From an uncultured bacterium (lineage in GTDB: Bacteria > Chloroflexota > UBA5177 > JANWHV01): DNA of 64,000 nt. A program made the position numbers and the translations under genes. The notes beneath the pieces are model-generated. The model ran no database searches and was not told the origin of the DNA. It saw nothing but the letters and a program-made list of their open reading frames with translations. The DNA lies in contig CAWHAE010000017.1 of the NCBI GenBank assembly GCA_963827235.1, positions 64,001 through 128,000 of the forward strand, given 5' to 3'. Shown here piece by piece: positions 21,869-31,957 of this stretch. Each line of letters begins with the position of its first letter. The first letter of the stretch is position 1.

Positions 21869-22516
21869 ATGGACATTGACCTTGGCATGACCGTTTGCAC
21901 GAGCGACGGCCAGGATGTTGGCTCGATTGACCGATTCATCCTGGACCTGCATTCCAACCAGGTCAAGTCGGCAGTGATCCGCAAGGGCGTCTTACTGCCG
22001 CACGACATCGTGGTGCCGTGCGCCATGATGGAGAACATCTCCGGTGGCGCCGTACGCCTGTCCGCTACTGCCGCCGAGGTACACGGGTTGCCTGAATTCC
22101 TGCCTGGGGCGTACAGCGTGCCGCCTGCGGACTATCCTCTGCCGGCAGGCTACCCGGCCGACAGCGTGTACGTGCCCTTCGGCTTCAGCTTGGGCGGTCT
22201 TGGCGCGACACCAGTTAGTCCGACGCCCGACACTGCTGAAGCGCGGCGAGTACGCGCTGCATGGATCCGGCAGGACCTCGACAACGCGGTGGTTCAGGAA
22301 GGCAGCAGGGTCTTTAGCCGTGATGGGGATCACATCGGCGACGTCCGTCAACTGAGCTTCGATCAGCAAACCGGCGCGTTGACGCACATCGTCGTGCGCC
22401 GGGGTTTCTTCTTTGCCAAGGATACGGAGCTGCCGGCATCGATGATTGCCAGCGTGGGTGACGGCACCGTCACGCTCTCGGTGGGCTCCGCCGAGGCCAG
22501 CGGTGTCATGCCGTAG
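21869..22516 (+). CDS. Tandem PRC-barrel protein
   Basis: GMTVCTSDGQDVGSI and GSRVFSRDGDHIGDV..LTHIVVRRGFF repeats. Confidence 0.85.
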   Translation: MDIDLGMTVCTSDGQDVGSIDRFILDLHSNQVKSAVIRKGVLLPHDIVVPCAMMENISGGAVRLSATAAEVHGLPEFLPGAYSVPPADYPLPAGYPADSVYVPFGFSLGGLGATPVSPTPDTAEARRVRAAWIRQDLDNAVVQEGSRVFSRDGDHIGDVRQLSFDQQTGALTHIVVRRGFFFAKDTELPASMIASVGDGTVTLSVGSAEASGVMP

Positions 22517-22724
22517 CGTGCAGTCCGTCATCCGTCGCTTTCGCTGTGCTTGGAGATGGGTTGCTGGAACTCCAGGCCCTCTGGTGACGCAAGGCCATCC
22601 GTCGGCGAAGGGTCCAACTTTCACCCTTGCCGCCCGCCGTGGCACGCCTCGTCGAGCGTGCCGAGACCTTGACTGACCATCTGGATGACTGGTCAGGCTC
22701 TGTGCATGCGTGGGACACTGTCAG

Positions 22725-23115
22725 CTAGACAGTTGACTGATCGTCGTCGCGTAGTGCCTGCCGTAGCGCATCCTGGTGGCGGGTGATCGGATCGTCGTCC
22801 CGCTCCTCGACAGTCTCCAGGATCTTGTTTTCCAGCGCTCGGAGCGAGCGAAGCACGGTGATCATCAGCTCGTCCTGTGCTTCGAGGTGATGCAAGATGG
22901 CGCGGTTCTCTTCCTCTGAACGTTGGCCCACTACATAGGCGTTATGCGCGGCCAGCCGATCCTTCTCCGCTTGGCGGTTAGCGCTCATGAGCAGCACCGG
23001 AGCGGCATAGGCGGCCTGAAAGGACAGCACCAGGTTCAGTAGGATGAACGGGTACGGGTCGAAGGGCCTGAAGACGACTTCCGCGACGTTGACCGCGATC
23101 CAGGCCGCGAGCACG
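22725..23115 (-). pseudogene. DUF1003 membrane protein, C-terminal part
   Basis: FDPYPFILLNLVLSFQAAYAAPVLLMSANRQ; N-terminus replaced at ~23120. Confidence 0.8.
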
Positions 23116-23120
23116 CAACT

Positions 23121-24116
23121 GCGTGGGCGATCCGGCAGGCCACAGCCAATGGGAACGTCCTTGCCACGGTGACCGTGAACGTGGTGACGCTGTCGCCAAC
23201 CTTCGCACTCAGCGCGCCAAGCCTGATCCCTGGTCAAACGGTCACCGTCAAGGGCAAGGGCTATGCGGCTGGCGAGCAGGTCGTGCTGGCCTTGAACGGC
23301 GCCGCGCTGGCTACCTCCCCCTCCACGGTGCTTGCCGGCTCGACCAACGCCTTTAGCGCCAAGTTCGTGGTACCGGTGGCCATCAACAATGGCCTGAACA
23401 CGGTCACTGCCACCGGTGCCTCCAGCCACGCCGGCTACGCGCTCACCGTGCCAGGCAAGCTGCCCGGCGCCACCACCAGCTACTACTTCCCCAACGGCGA
23501 CACCACCAGTGGTAACCGCACGGTGATCTCCGTGCTGAACACGAGCAGTGCCGCCGCATCGCTGAAGCTCACCTTCTTGTACACTGGGGCACCGGAGCGT
23601 TCCGTACAGCAGTCGCTCCCTGCTCGGCGACAGGTGCTCATCGACCTGAATCTGGTCGCAGGTACCAGTCGGCACCTGGCTACCATCGTGCAGTCCAGTC
23701 AACGGATCGTGGCAGGCAGCACGATCTACTATGCAAAGGGGGACAGTGCGTCACCGATTGGCGCGTCGGCGCCGGCTACCAGCTGGTATCTGGCGGAATG
23801 CTATACCGGTGGTAGCTTCCATGAGTTCCTGGAAATCATGAACCCCAACGCGGCCAACGCCAACGTGGATGTGCGCTTTCTGCCCTTGAACGGCCGGCCG
23901 CCGCAGGAACACCGCTTCTCCCTGGCGCCACGCTCAACGATCTCCCTCGATACCAGCACCTACATGCCCATAGCCTCCTTCAATACCATTGTGACGTCCG
24001 ACAAGGGCGTGGTGGTGGAGCGCTCCATGCGTTTCGGCACCAACGGCCGTGGCGCTACGGCCGTCATGGGCGTGGCCGTAGCCCCAACCGTGTGGCTCTT
24101 CGCCCAGGGTGAGAGC
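23121..24116 (+). pseudogene. Internal fragment of a DUF5719-like surface protein (paralog of 56299-60423)
   Basis: Shares GEQVVLALNGAALAT, IGASAPAT.WYLAE, DKGVVVERSMRFG and TVWLFAQG with the 56299 protein; lacks signal peptide and C-terminus. Confidence 0.75.
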
Positions 24117-24306
24117 GCGTCGAGGTTGGGGCATTCGGCGCTGACAAGACTATGGTCGCCAACGCCGAAGCAGGCCGCTTCTCCATAGGCCCTGAAGAGC
24201 GACTGGCCATTACCATCACCTCCGATCTCGACAGGTTGGTCGCCATAAACCAGCACGCGGTAACTGCTGTCGAGGTGGTGTGTGCCACCTTCCTCATCGC
24301 GCCGTG

Positions 24307-25017
24307 TCACTCCGGCGCAGGTACCGGTTCTATGCAGTACGAGAGGGTTTTGAGGCCTGCCAGCGTGTGGAGTTCGTCGAGAATCGGCAGCAGCTCGTGG
24401 TGCGCGCTGGGGCGAACGTGGAGCGTGAGCGTCGTCTCTTGCCGCTGCAAGTCGCTGGCGACCTGCAGCTGCAGCACGTCGGCCCCGCTGCGGCGCAAAC
24501 ACTCCTGGATGGCAAGCGGTTGCTCCGCTTGGTATGACAACAATGCCTCGATCAACAGGGGCTGCTGGGCGGGAAGCTTATCGACAGACAGGAAGCGGCG
24601 TTCGAACAGCTTGAGACCGCGCAAAATGCCTAAAGCCAGACCTGTAGTCACGATGGCGAGGGCATAGAGACCGCAACCGCAGGCCAAGCCGATGCCGGCG
24701 ACCAGCCAGACACTCGCGGCAGTCGTCAAGCCATGGACGGTGTCCTTATGGAGGATGATGGCGCCGGCGCCCAGAAACCCGATGCCGCTGACGACCTGGG
24801 CCGCGATACGTGAGGGGTCGAGCACGATGGTGTGCGTCGCGTTCACTACTGTGGTGAAGCCAAAGGAGGAGATCAGCATCATCAACGCGGCAGCCATGCA
24901 GACGAGCGTATGGGTGCGCATGCCGGCCGTTCGATACCGCTCCTCCCGCTCCAGGCCGATTCCGAGCCCCAGAACGGCGGCCAGCAGCAGGCGGAGCACC
25001 TCTTCTTGCGTCGTCAT
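24307..25017 (-). CDS. MgtC/SapB family protein
   Basis: IGLERE..RTAGMRTHTLV, DPSRIAAQVVSGIGFLGAG, GLTTAASVW. Confidence 0.93.
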   Translation of the reverse strand: MTTQEEVLRLLLAAVLGLGIGLEREERYRTAGMRTHTLVCMAAALMMLISSFGFTTVVNATHTIVLDPSRIAAQVVSGIGFLGAGAIILHKDTVHGLTTAASVWLVAGIGLACGCGLYALAIVTTGLALGILRGLKLFERRFLSVDKLPAQQPLLIEALLSYQAEQPLAIQECLRRSGADVLQLQVASDLQRQETTLTLHVRPSAHHELLPILDELHTLAGLKTLSYCIEPVPAPE

Positions 25018-25249
25018 GCGTGCGTCGTTCCCGATGCCTTAAATGTTCAGCTTGGTCGCGGCGCCACAGCTGTACGGATCCAGGATAGCGCGCACCGGGC
25101 AGGCGCGCCGCGGCCGGCGTTCTTGCCCTTCCCGCATCGATGCTCCCCTGAGCAGCAGCATGGCGCTAGCGTCGGATCCGTCTGCTGATGCGGGCACGCC
25201 CGCCCAAGGTGCACATTATGGTTATGATCCTCATATATATTCCCTGCGC

Positions 25250-25400
25250 GGTGATCACCAGGCTGTGGGCAACGCTCGTCGCATTGACCTCGTTGACCGC
25301 AACGCTCCAGTTCTGGGGCACGGTAATGGTCATCTTGCCGTCTGACGCGCCGTTAAAGGCCCCGCTGCTCGTCGTGATCGTCATTGCGACTTCCCGTCTG
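25250..25400 (-). pseudogene. Sulfocyanin-like cupredoxin fragment
   Basis: FNGASDGKMTITVPQNWSVAVNEVN..VAHSLVI resembles the SoxE-type N-half; the C-terminal Cys/His/Met ligands are missing. Confidence 0.5.
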
Positions 25401-25603
25401 GCCGCGACTGCTTGTGTGACTGCAGACGTACCCAGGGCGTCTGGCAGCACGGCAACATGTACGGGTCGGTCGCGGATGAGACCGCAGAACTGGATGAGCG
25501 ACACAGGGACTGCCTCGCTGACACGCAGACGGTGGCCTGCAGTAGCCTGACGTGCGACCGCGTCCCACACGGCGTTCTGTAAACCCCCCGCCAAGCGATA
25601 TCA

Positions 25604-25706
25604 AGAGCTTATTCATAGAATACGACAGTATTATAGCCCTATCTCTGTGCCATATATAGATGGTATTTCGTCTATATTTGACAATAGGTGCCAAGACGCC
25701 GATACT
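25604..25706 (+). promoter_or_regulatory. Conserved regulon promoter module, copy P2
   Basis: Distal AGAGCTTATTCA (25604); proximal TAGATGGTATTTCGTCTA (25657-25674); TTGACA 25678; 17 nt ending GCC; GATACT 25701. Confidence 0.8.
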
Positions 25707-25842
25707 TTGAAGGAATCCCCCAGCCCGACATTTCAGAGGCGGACTGGCACTGCGGTGACATTGCAGGCGCACCGTACAGCGCCACTCCATCAGTGCCGTT
25801 CGCCGGCGATGCTCCGGGCAACCGTAAGTGAGGAAGCAGACG

Positions 25843-26166
25843 ATGGCCATCAGCAACAGCAGCAGCGAGTGGGAAGCGGACGAATCGGTAAGCCAGGTCA
25901 TCGAGCGCGAGATCCAGACCAGGATGCACCAGCACACTCCCCCGATCGAGGTGTCTGCCCAGGGCTCGACTGTGACCCTCACGGGTCATGTAGCCAATCA
26001 GGCCACCAAAGAGGCGCTCATCGACTTGGCTCGCTCCACGCCCGGCGTCATGAACGTCACCGATAACCTGGAATTCGGCGGCGGCCATCCCTTCCTGGAT
26101 TGGATCTTCCCTGGAAGCGATCCGAATCGAGATCTTGGCGACGTGGATAGAGGCGAACGACGCTGA
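25843..26166 (+). CDS. BON domain protein
   Basis: IEVSAQGSTVTLTGHV...ARSTPGVMNVTDNL. Confidence 0.88.
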   Translation: MAISNSSSEWEADESVSQVIEREIQTRMHQHTPPIEVSAQGSTVTLTGHVANQATKEALIDLARSTPGVMNVTDNLEFGGGHPFLDWIFPGSDPNRDLGDVDRGERR

Positions 26167-26483
26167 ATGATGCCAAGCAGCGGTTGCGGCATGTCGCGCG
26201 GGAGAATGCCCGACCGTCTACCGCAGAACACCGTGGGCAGGCCGTCTGCCACAACTGTCTGCCATGCCGGGTGCTCGTCCATCGCTTTCGACTCGTACCC
26301 AGCACAGGAGGAGAAATCAAGCAATGCGGACGCAGGAGGATACAACTGGTTCGCCGTTCCGGACCTGGTCCGGTCGCACGCCGGCTCCAGCGAAGGGCAG
26401 ACATCCCGCCACGATCGTGGAGTGCAGTGTAGTGCGCGCGCTCGGCAATTGCGACCGAGCCCGGCGCCAAGGAGAGAAGCGCG

Positions 26484-27425
26484 ATGAGCGCAGCAGTCAT
26501 TGTCGTTGCCGTAGTGGTTTTGCTGGTGGTGCTGGCGGCGTCCAACGCCATACGGATCGCCCAGGAGTATGAACGAGGGGTCGTGTTCCGGCTCGGCCGC
26601 CTGATGGACCTCAAGGGACCCGGTCTCTTCTTCAAGATTCCTGGTATCGACCGCGTGCGCATGGTGGATCTGCGCGTGATCACGCTGGAGGTCCCGCCGC
26701 AAGAGGTGATCACCTCCGACAACGTGACCGTCAAGGTGAATGCCGTGATCTTCTTTCAGGTCGTGGACGCACAGGCCGCGATCGTGCGTGTCTACGACTT
26801 CGCCGAAGCGACGTCACAGATCGCACAGACCACCCTGCGCGCGGTGCTCGGACAGTCGAGCCTGGACGAATTGCTCGGCAGCCGAGACAAGATCAATGCG
26901 AAGTTGCAGACCATCATCGATCACCAAACGGAGCCTTGGGGCATCAAAGTAGGCACGGTGGAGCTCAAGGACGCCCAGCTGGACGAATCCATGGTGCGCG
27001 CGCTGGCCAGACAGGCCGAGGCAGAGCGGGAGAAGCGGGCCAAGATCATCGCCACAGACGGCGAGTTTCAGGCTGCCCAGGTGCTTGCCGACGCCGCCGC
27101 GATCATCTCCACCCAGCCGGCCGCCCTGGCCTTGCGCTACATGCAGACATTGCTCGACATGGGCTCGAACCAAAACTCGACTATCGTATTCCCTATACCG
27201 ATCGAGCTGATTAAGCCGCTGCTGGCGGCTCCCGTCACCCCTGCCCTCGAACCCTGTGGCCGCCGTCAATGGTGCGAGTCCGGTCCCGGTCAACGGTTAG
27301 ACTGCGAGCACAAGTGGGAACGGGACACCTTGGCGGTACTCCACGTGGCATGTGTGAGGGGTTGGCGCGCGTGCGTGCCGTGTTGCGACGAACGGATGGA
27401 CCACGGCCGGCAGAACCACCGGTGA
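26484..27425 (+). CDS. SPFH/slipin (stomatin-like) protein; last ~60 aa probably non-homologous read-through
   Basis: EYERGVVFRLGR, PQEVITSDNVTVKVNAV, EPWGIKV, QAEAEREKRAK, ALALRYMQTL. Confidence 0.92.
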   Translation: MSAAVIVVAVVVLLVVLAASNAIRIAQEYERGVVFRLGRLMDLKGPGLFFKIPGIDRVRMVDLRVITLEVPPQEVITSDNVTVKVNAVIFFQVVDAQAAIVRVYDFAEATSQIAQTTLRAVLGQSSLDELLGSRDKINAKLQTIIDHQTEPWGIKVGTVELKDAQLDESMVRALARQAEAEREKRAKIIATDGEFQAAQVLADAAAIISTQPAALALRYMQTLLDMGSNQNSTIVFPIPIELIKPLLAAPVTPALEPCGRRQWCESGPGQRLDCEHKWERDTLAVLHVACVRGWRACVPCCDERMDHGRQNHR

Positions 27426-27443
27426 TCCAGCTTGGGCCGCTGC
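27361..27443 (+). repeat. 83-bp exact inverted copy of 8454-8536 (inside the response regulator gene)
   Basis: GTTGGCGCGCGTGCG...CTTGGGCCGCTGC equals the reverse complement of 8454-8536 (LARVRAVLRRTDGPRPAEPPVIQLGPL). Confidence 0.9.
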
Positions 27444-27576
27444 CATCTTTCAAGTCGTCACCGTACGAGCAGCGGCCTTCGCCGGCGGCGAATACAGCGG
27501 AGAGGTAGGCGAGACCACGCTGTTCTACTCCACGTTGCGCGCTGGAACGGAAGAGATCCGGGTACCGAACAGCTCG

Positions 27577-27855
27577 ATGGCGGCCAGCGTCGTGACTCTC
27601 CGGCAGCACCTGATAGAGGTCTACCTGCCGGTCATGTTGTCACCTGCACAGTGGGGCCATGTCTCAACCGCGGATCTCTCAGCATTCCTCACGTTCGCCC
27701 TACCGCCCGAGCGCGCTCTTACGCTGCGGGTGGAGCGCATGGACGGCACCAATGTGCAGCTGGGCGTGAGGGCATCGGTGGCCACTGAAGCGGCGCGGCC
27801 GACCACGGAACATGCCCGGGCGGTCGCGCTCGCACTGCTGGGCACCGCTGGCTGA
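27577..27855 (+). CDS. Hypothetical protein (C-terminal half faintly CsrA-like)
   Basis: Open frame; LTLRVERMDGTNVQLGVRA resembles CsrA VTVTVLGVKGNQVRIGVNA. Confidence 0.35.
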   Translation: MAASVVTLRQHLIEVYLPVMLSPAQWGHVSTADLSAFLTFALPPERALTLRVERMDGTNVQLGVRASVATEAARPTTEHARAVALALLGTAG

Positions 27856-28092
27856 AGGCCGGCATAGAGACCGGAGTGCTGCGATCAAGGCAAACACGGA
27901 CAGATGTGTGACCGTGATCGAGCGCACGCGAGGAACTCGACTGTTATGGACGCAGTATGCTCTAGTTATAGGAAGAAGAGGCTGCTATCCTGGAGCAGGT
28001 GAAGTTGAAGTTCGTCCGGATAACGGCGCATCGATGGACTGGAGAGCTTGACCCCTGCTTGCGCGACCAGATGCACACATGGAGAGTTCAGG

Positions 28093-29665
28093 ATGGGCAA
28101 AGTTCCACAGGAGACGGTACCGCAAAAGAAGGCCACGTACCTCATCGCGGACGTCGCCACACTTACCGGGGTGCCGGCGCCGCGTCTGCGCTCGTGGGAG
28201 CATGCCGGTATTTTACAGCCGCTGCGATCGCCGAGTGCGACGCGGCTGTATTCCATCGACGACATGGCGCGCGTCCGACTGATTGCGCGCTCGCTCTTGA
28301 AACCCGGGCGGCGCGGCAGTCTGCGCCGTGTGGCCAAGGATTCTTGCAAGCGGCGCCCTGGTCCCCGGGCCGCAGGACTACGCGGGGCTTCCCGGTGCCG
28401 ACGAGCCGAACGTGATGAGCGATGCGGAGTACTGGCAGGCCGTGGTCGCCTCGATGGCCGAGCTGGTCGTGGTCGGGAACGCCGAGGGCCGCGTGACCTC
28501 CATGAATCTGGCCTTGCGCTCACTGCTGCACCTCGAGCCAGGGGCGGAGGAGAATCCGGAGCCTGCCCGGTCACTTGACGGCGAGCCGCCGACCCCGGCG
28601 CTGGAGACCTTGCCGCTGCGATGGTCCGCGCTGACGGGGACGCAGCACCGAGACATTATCCTGATGCTGCCCGGCCCGGCAGGAACCCAGGTGCAGACAT
28701 CCTGGACGGTCACACCGTTGCGCGACACGGATGGTCTGGCTGCCGGCACCGTGGCCGTGGGTCGCATCGTCCCGCCGGACGCATCCCTGCTGCCCGAGGA
28801 CTGGCTGGCCCTGGCGGCGAATGACCTGCGCAACCCGGTCACGACCATCCTAGGGCGGCTACAACTGGCTCGCCACGCCGGTGCCGCGCTGCAAGCGGGC
28901 GACCAGGAAGGCGCGCGGAAGCTCGAGAGTCACTTGGCGGTGGCGGAGCGAAGCGCGGAGAACCTGATTCGGGTGATGGAAACCGTGCTGGATGCATCCA
29001 AGGCCACCAAGGGGTTGCTCATCCACGATCTGGAGCCCGAAGGAGTGGACCTGACACTCCTTGCCCGGCAAGTTGTCGAGCACGAACAGCAACAAACCTC
29101 CCGCCACACGGTGACGCTCGAGGCACCGCCGGGACCGCTCCGGGTGGCCGGCGATCGCATTCGGCTGCGCCAAGTAATCCACAACCTGTTGACCAATGCG
29201 ATCAGGTATTCGCCCGAAGGCGGGGCGATCGACATGCGTCTTGAAGCGGCGGCGGCGCCATCCATGCTGCTGTTCGGCGACGATCGGGCGGCAGTCGGCA
29301 CCTCTCATGCAGCGGCCGATTGGGTCTGGGTGCGCGTGGCGGACACCGGTATGGGCATCTCGTCCGCCGCCTTGCCGCACGTGTTCGATCGTTACTGGCG
29401 GGCACCCGACTCGGAGCCGGTGATTGGCGGCGCGGGACTGGGGCTTTACGTGTGCCGGGCCATCGTGGCAGCCCACGGCGGCCACATCTGGGTAGAGCGC
29501 AGCGTGTGCGCCGCCGAGGCTGATAGCACTGCCGGCGGCTGGCACGGAACGGTAGTGGCTGTCGTGCTTCCGCTTATTGAGGCGCCGGCGCACGGTGCCA
29601 CGCCGGGCGAGGCAGCAACGGACAATCAGCAGCCTTCCGAGCATCCTAGCACGGCTGTGAGGTAA
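28093..29665 (+). CDS. MerR-HTH + PAS + histidine-kinase-like protein (frameshift ~28341; H-box His replaced by Asn)
   Basis: YLIADVATLTGVPAPRLRSWEHAGIL.P.R...TRLYS (MerR); VVVGNAEGRVTSMN (PAS); AANDLRNPV, NLLTNAIRYS, DTGMGI, GAGLGL. Confidence 0.8.
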
Positions 29666-29681
29666 GGAGGAGGGAGACAAC

Positions 29682-31340
29682 GTGGCGGAGTTGCAACGAG
29701 TCACGCCGGGCATGGTCGTCGCCGCGGCACCACGGGTGGTCGACTCGACAGGTGTGCCGAACCTGGATCTGATCCTGGGCGGCGGCCTGGCTCGGGGCAC
29801 CCTGGCGATCGTGGTCGGGCCCCCGGGATCGGGGAAAACAACACTGGCCCTGCAGACGGCCTGGGCCGCCGCCCGCGCCGGCCGGCAAGTGCTGATCTTC
29901 ACCGTGCTCTCGGAGGCGCCGAGCAAGCTGCTGGCGCATCTGAGTGCCTACGAGTTCTTCGATCCCTCGCTGATCGGCGAGCGGGTGAAGCTGCTCAGCC
30001 TGCAGCCCTTCCTGGACGCGGGGCTGGCCGGCGCGAGCCAGGCGATGATCGACCTGGTGCGTGTTGAGCGCGCGAGCCTGGTCGTCCTGGACGGGTTCAG
30101 CGGCATGCGGGCCATCGACGCCGGTCGCCTGGCGGGCCGGCACTTCATGTTTGAGGTCGGCACCGCGTTGAGTGCGCAGGAAACGACCACCATCATCACG
30201 ACTGAGGCGGAAATCCGGGATCCCCTCTTCTTTCCTGAAGCGACCACTGCGGATACGATCATCGGCCTGCATTTCCGCGTCGACGGGGAGCGGCAGCGGC
30301 GGCGGTTGGAGGTGGTGAAGGCGCGCGGAGCCACGCCCCTCTCTGGGCTGCACAGCCTGGAGCTGAGCTCAGCGGGGGTGGCGGTCTCGCCGCGACTGGA
30401 GGCCCGTGTCGTGCAGACCGGGCGGAATTCCGGGACCATGGCCGACGTGGATGAGCCCGAGCCGGCTACGGCACCCGATCCGGCGCCCCTCGCACACGCG
30501 ACCTTTGACCTTCCAGCCCTGGACGCGCTACTGAACGGCGGACTGACGCGGGCCACGACCACGGTCGTGATCGGGAGCGGGGGCACGGGCAAGACGCTGC
30601 TAGGCCTGCACTTTGCCCTGGCCGGTGTCCGCGGCGGCGAGCCGGTGGTGTTCCTTGGGTTCCACGAGAACCGGCGCCAGCTGTTGCTCAAGGCGGACGC
30701 CTTCAATCTGGGTAAAGAGCTCCGCGACGCGCTGGCGCCCGGAGGCGGCTTGACCATGTTGCACTATCCGGCGGTCGAGCTGGATGCCGACGCCCTCGCC
30801 GACCAGCTGCTAGCCGCCCTCGATCGCACGCACGCTCAGCGGCTGATCATCGACAGCATCGCCGTGGTCGAGCGGGCGGTGAGCGAAGGGAGCAGTCCCC
30901 GTCGGGTGCAGAACTACCTGTCGGCATTGATTACCGCTCTGCAAGCGCGGCGAATCAGCGCGCTCTTTACGAAGGAGACCGGCCCGCTTGCCGGGTCCGA
31001 CCTGGAGCTGGAGACCGACCTGGGCTCGGGTGTAGCGGAGAACGTAGTGTGGCTGCAGGCCGTGATCTTACGCGGGCGGCTGTACCGGGTGCTGTCGGTA
31101 CTCAAGATGCGGTACTCGCCACACGACCTCACGCTGCGCGAGTTCACGATTGCCGCGCCCGCCGGTATTGCCGTGCGCGGTCCGCTGGAGAGCGCGCCGG
31201 GATTGCTGGCCAGCATCGAGCGGGAAGAGGGAGAATTCCGGCCCAGCGCGGTCGCGGGCGCGGTCAGCGGCCACACCCGCTCGCGCCGTGCACGAGACCG
31301 GCAGCCGCTCTCCAGGGAAGCACGCAAGGAGGAGGAATGA
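29682..31340 (+). CDS. KaiC-like double-domain RecA-superfamily ATPase
   Basis: STGVPNLDLILGGG, GPPGSGKT, LVVLDG, RRLEVVKARG; second domain LDALLNGG, GSGGTGKT, LIIDS, RVLSVLKMR. Confidence 0.93.
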   Translation: MAELQRVTPGMVVAAAPRVVDSTGVPNLDLILGGGLARGTLAIVVGPPGSGKTTLALQTAWAAARAGRQVLIFTVLSEAPSKLLAHLSAYEFFDPSLIGERVKLLSLQPFLDAGLAGASQAMIDLVRVERASLVVLDGFSGMRAIDAGRLAGRHFMFEVGTALSAQETTTIITTEAEIRDPLFFPEATTADTIIGLHFRVDGERQRRRLEVVKARGATPLSGLHSLELSSAGVAVSPRLEARVVQTGRNSGTMADVDEPEPATAPDPAPLAHATFDLPALDALLNGGLTRATTTVVIGSGGTGKTLLGLHFALAGVRGGEPVVFLGFHENRRQLLLKADAFNLGKELRDALAPGGGLTMLHYPAVELDADALADQLLAALDRTHAQRLIIDSIAVVERAVSEGSSPRRVQNYLSALITALQARRISALFTKETGPLAGSDLELETDLGSGVAENVVWLQAVILRGRLYRVLSVLKMRYSPHDLTLREFTIAAPAGIAVRGPLESAPGLLASIEREEGEFRPSAVAGAVSGHTRSRRARDRQPLSREARKEEE

Positions 31341-31807
31341 CTGCCGCGACGTCCAGTCAACAGACAGAGGAAGCAATGGAGCCGGCTCTGGTGCTGATTG
31401 CGGAGGACGAGGAGCCGCTGGCGGAGACCGTCGCCTTCATCGTGCGCGAAACGGGCTACACGCCACTGATCGCGCTGCATGGTCGACAGGCGCTTGAGCT
31501 CGCACGGGCTCGGCGCCCGGCGCTGCTGATTCTCGACTTGATGCTGCCCTATCTGGATGGAGCGGCCGTCATTGCCGCGCTGCGAGAAGATGCCAGGAGC
31601 GACGGCACGAGCGCACCGCCAATCGTCGTGATGACCGGCGCCAGCCTGGCCATGGCGCGGGCAGCCCGTGCCGACGCGGTGCTGCGCAAGCCCTTTCACT
31701 TGGCGGATCTGGAACAGTTGCTGAGGCGCTTCCTGGCGCCTGCGCCCGCTGCCGATCAGGTGCAGACAGCCAATGGCTCCGCCACACGACAGGTGGGCAC
31801 GCCTTGA
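31337..31807 (+). CDS. Single-domain response regulator (receiver only)
   Basis: LIAEDE, LILDLMLP, VVMTG, LRKPF; ATGA overlap with the kaiC-like gene. Confidence 0.92.
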   Translation: MTAATSSQQTEEAMEPALVLIAEDEEPLAETVAFIVRETGYTPLIALHGRQALELARARRPALLILDLMLPYLDGAAVIAALREDARSDGTSAPPIVVMTGASLAMARAARADAVLRKPFHLADLEQLLRRFLAPAPAADQVQTANGSATRQVGTP

Positions 31808-31957
31808 ACATGTAGGATGCACGGGTCTCAGCATGGCCTCCGGACACGGCGAGCGAGCGTGCCACGACGCCCATACGACTACGGTCTTGCCTCGTCCATT
31901 GCGAGTGTAGTGTCGAGGAGTGCCGTATTCTCTTGCACGCGAAGAGGAGCCTCTTCA

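Noticed and set aside
27940-28080. A module copy upstream of the MerR-kinase gene
   Set aside because: AT-rich patch with TTGAAG/TTGACC, but no CATACT at 17 nt and no box at -74.
28093-28340. MerR-type activation as the explanation for the promoter module
   Set aside because: Classical MerR activators bind inside an elongated 19-20 nt spacer; here spacers are 17 nt and the boxes lie upstream of the -35.
28330-28350. Programmed frameshift between the MerR and kinase frames
   Set aside because: No slippery heptamer or evident stimulator; other single-base indels in the window suggest error or decay.
29682-31340. A true circadian clock
   Set aside because: No kaiA/kaiB, no EE catalytic pair, and no clear Ser-Thr phosphosite pair in the second domain (LGSGVAEN).
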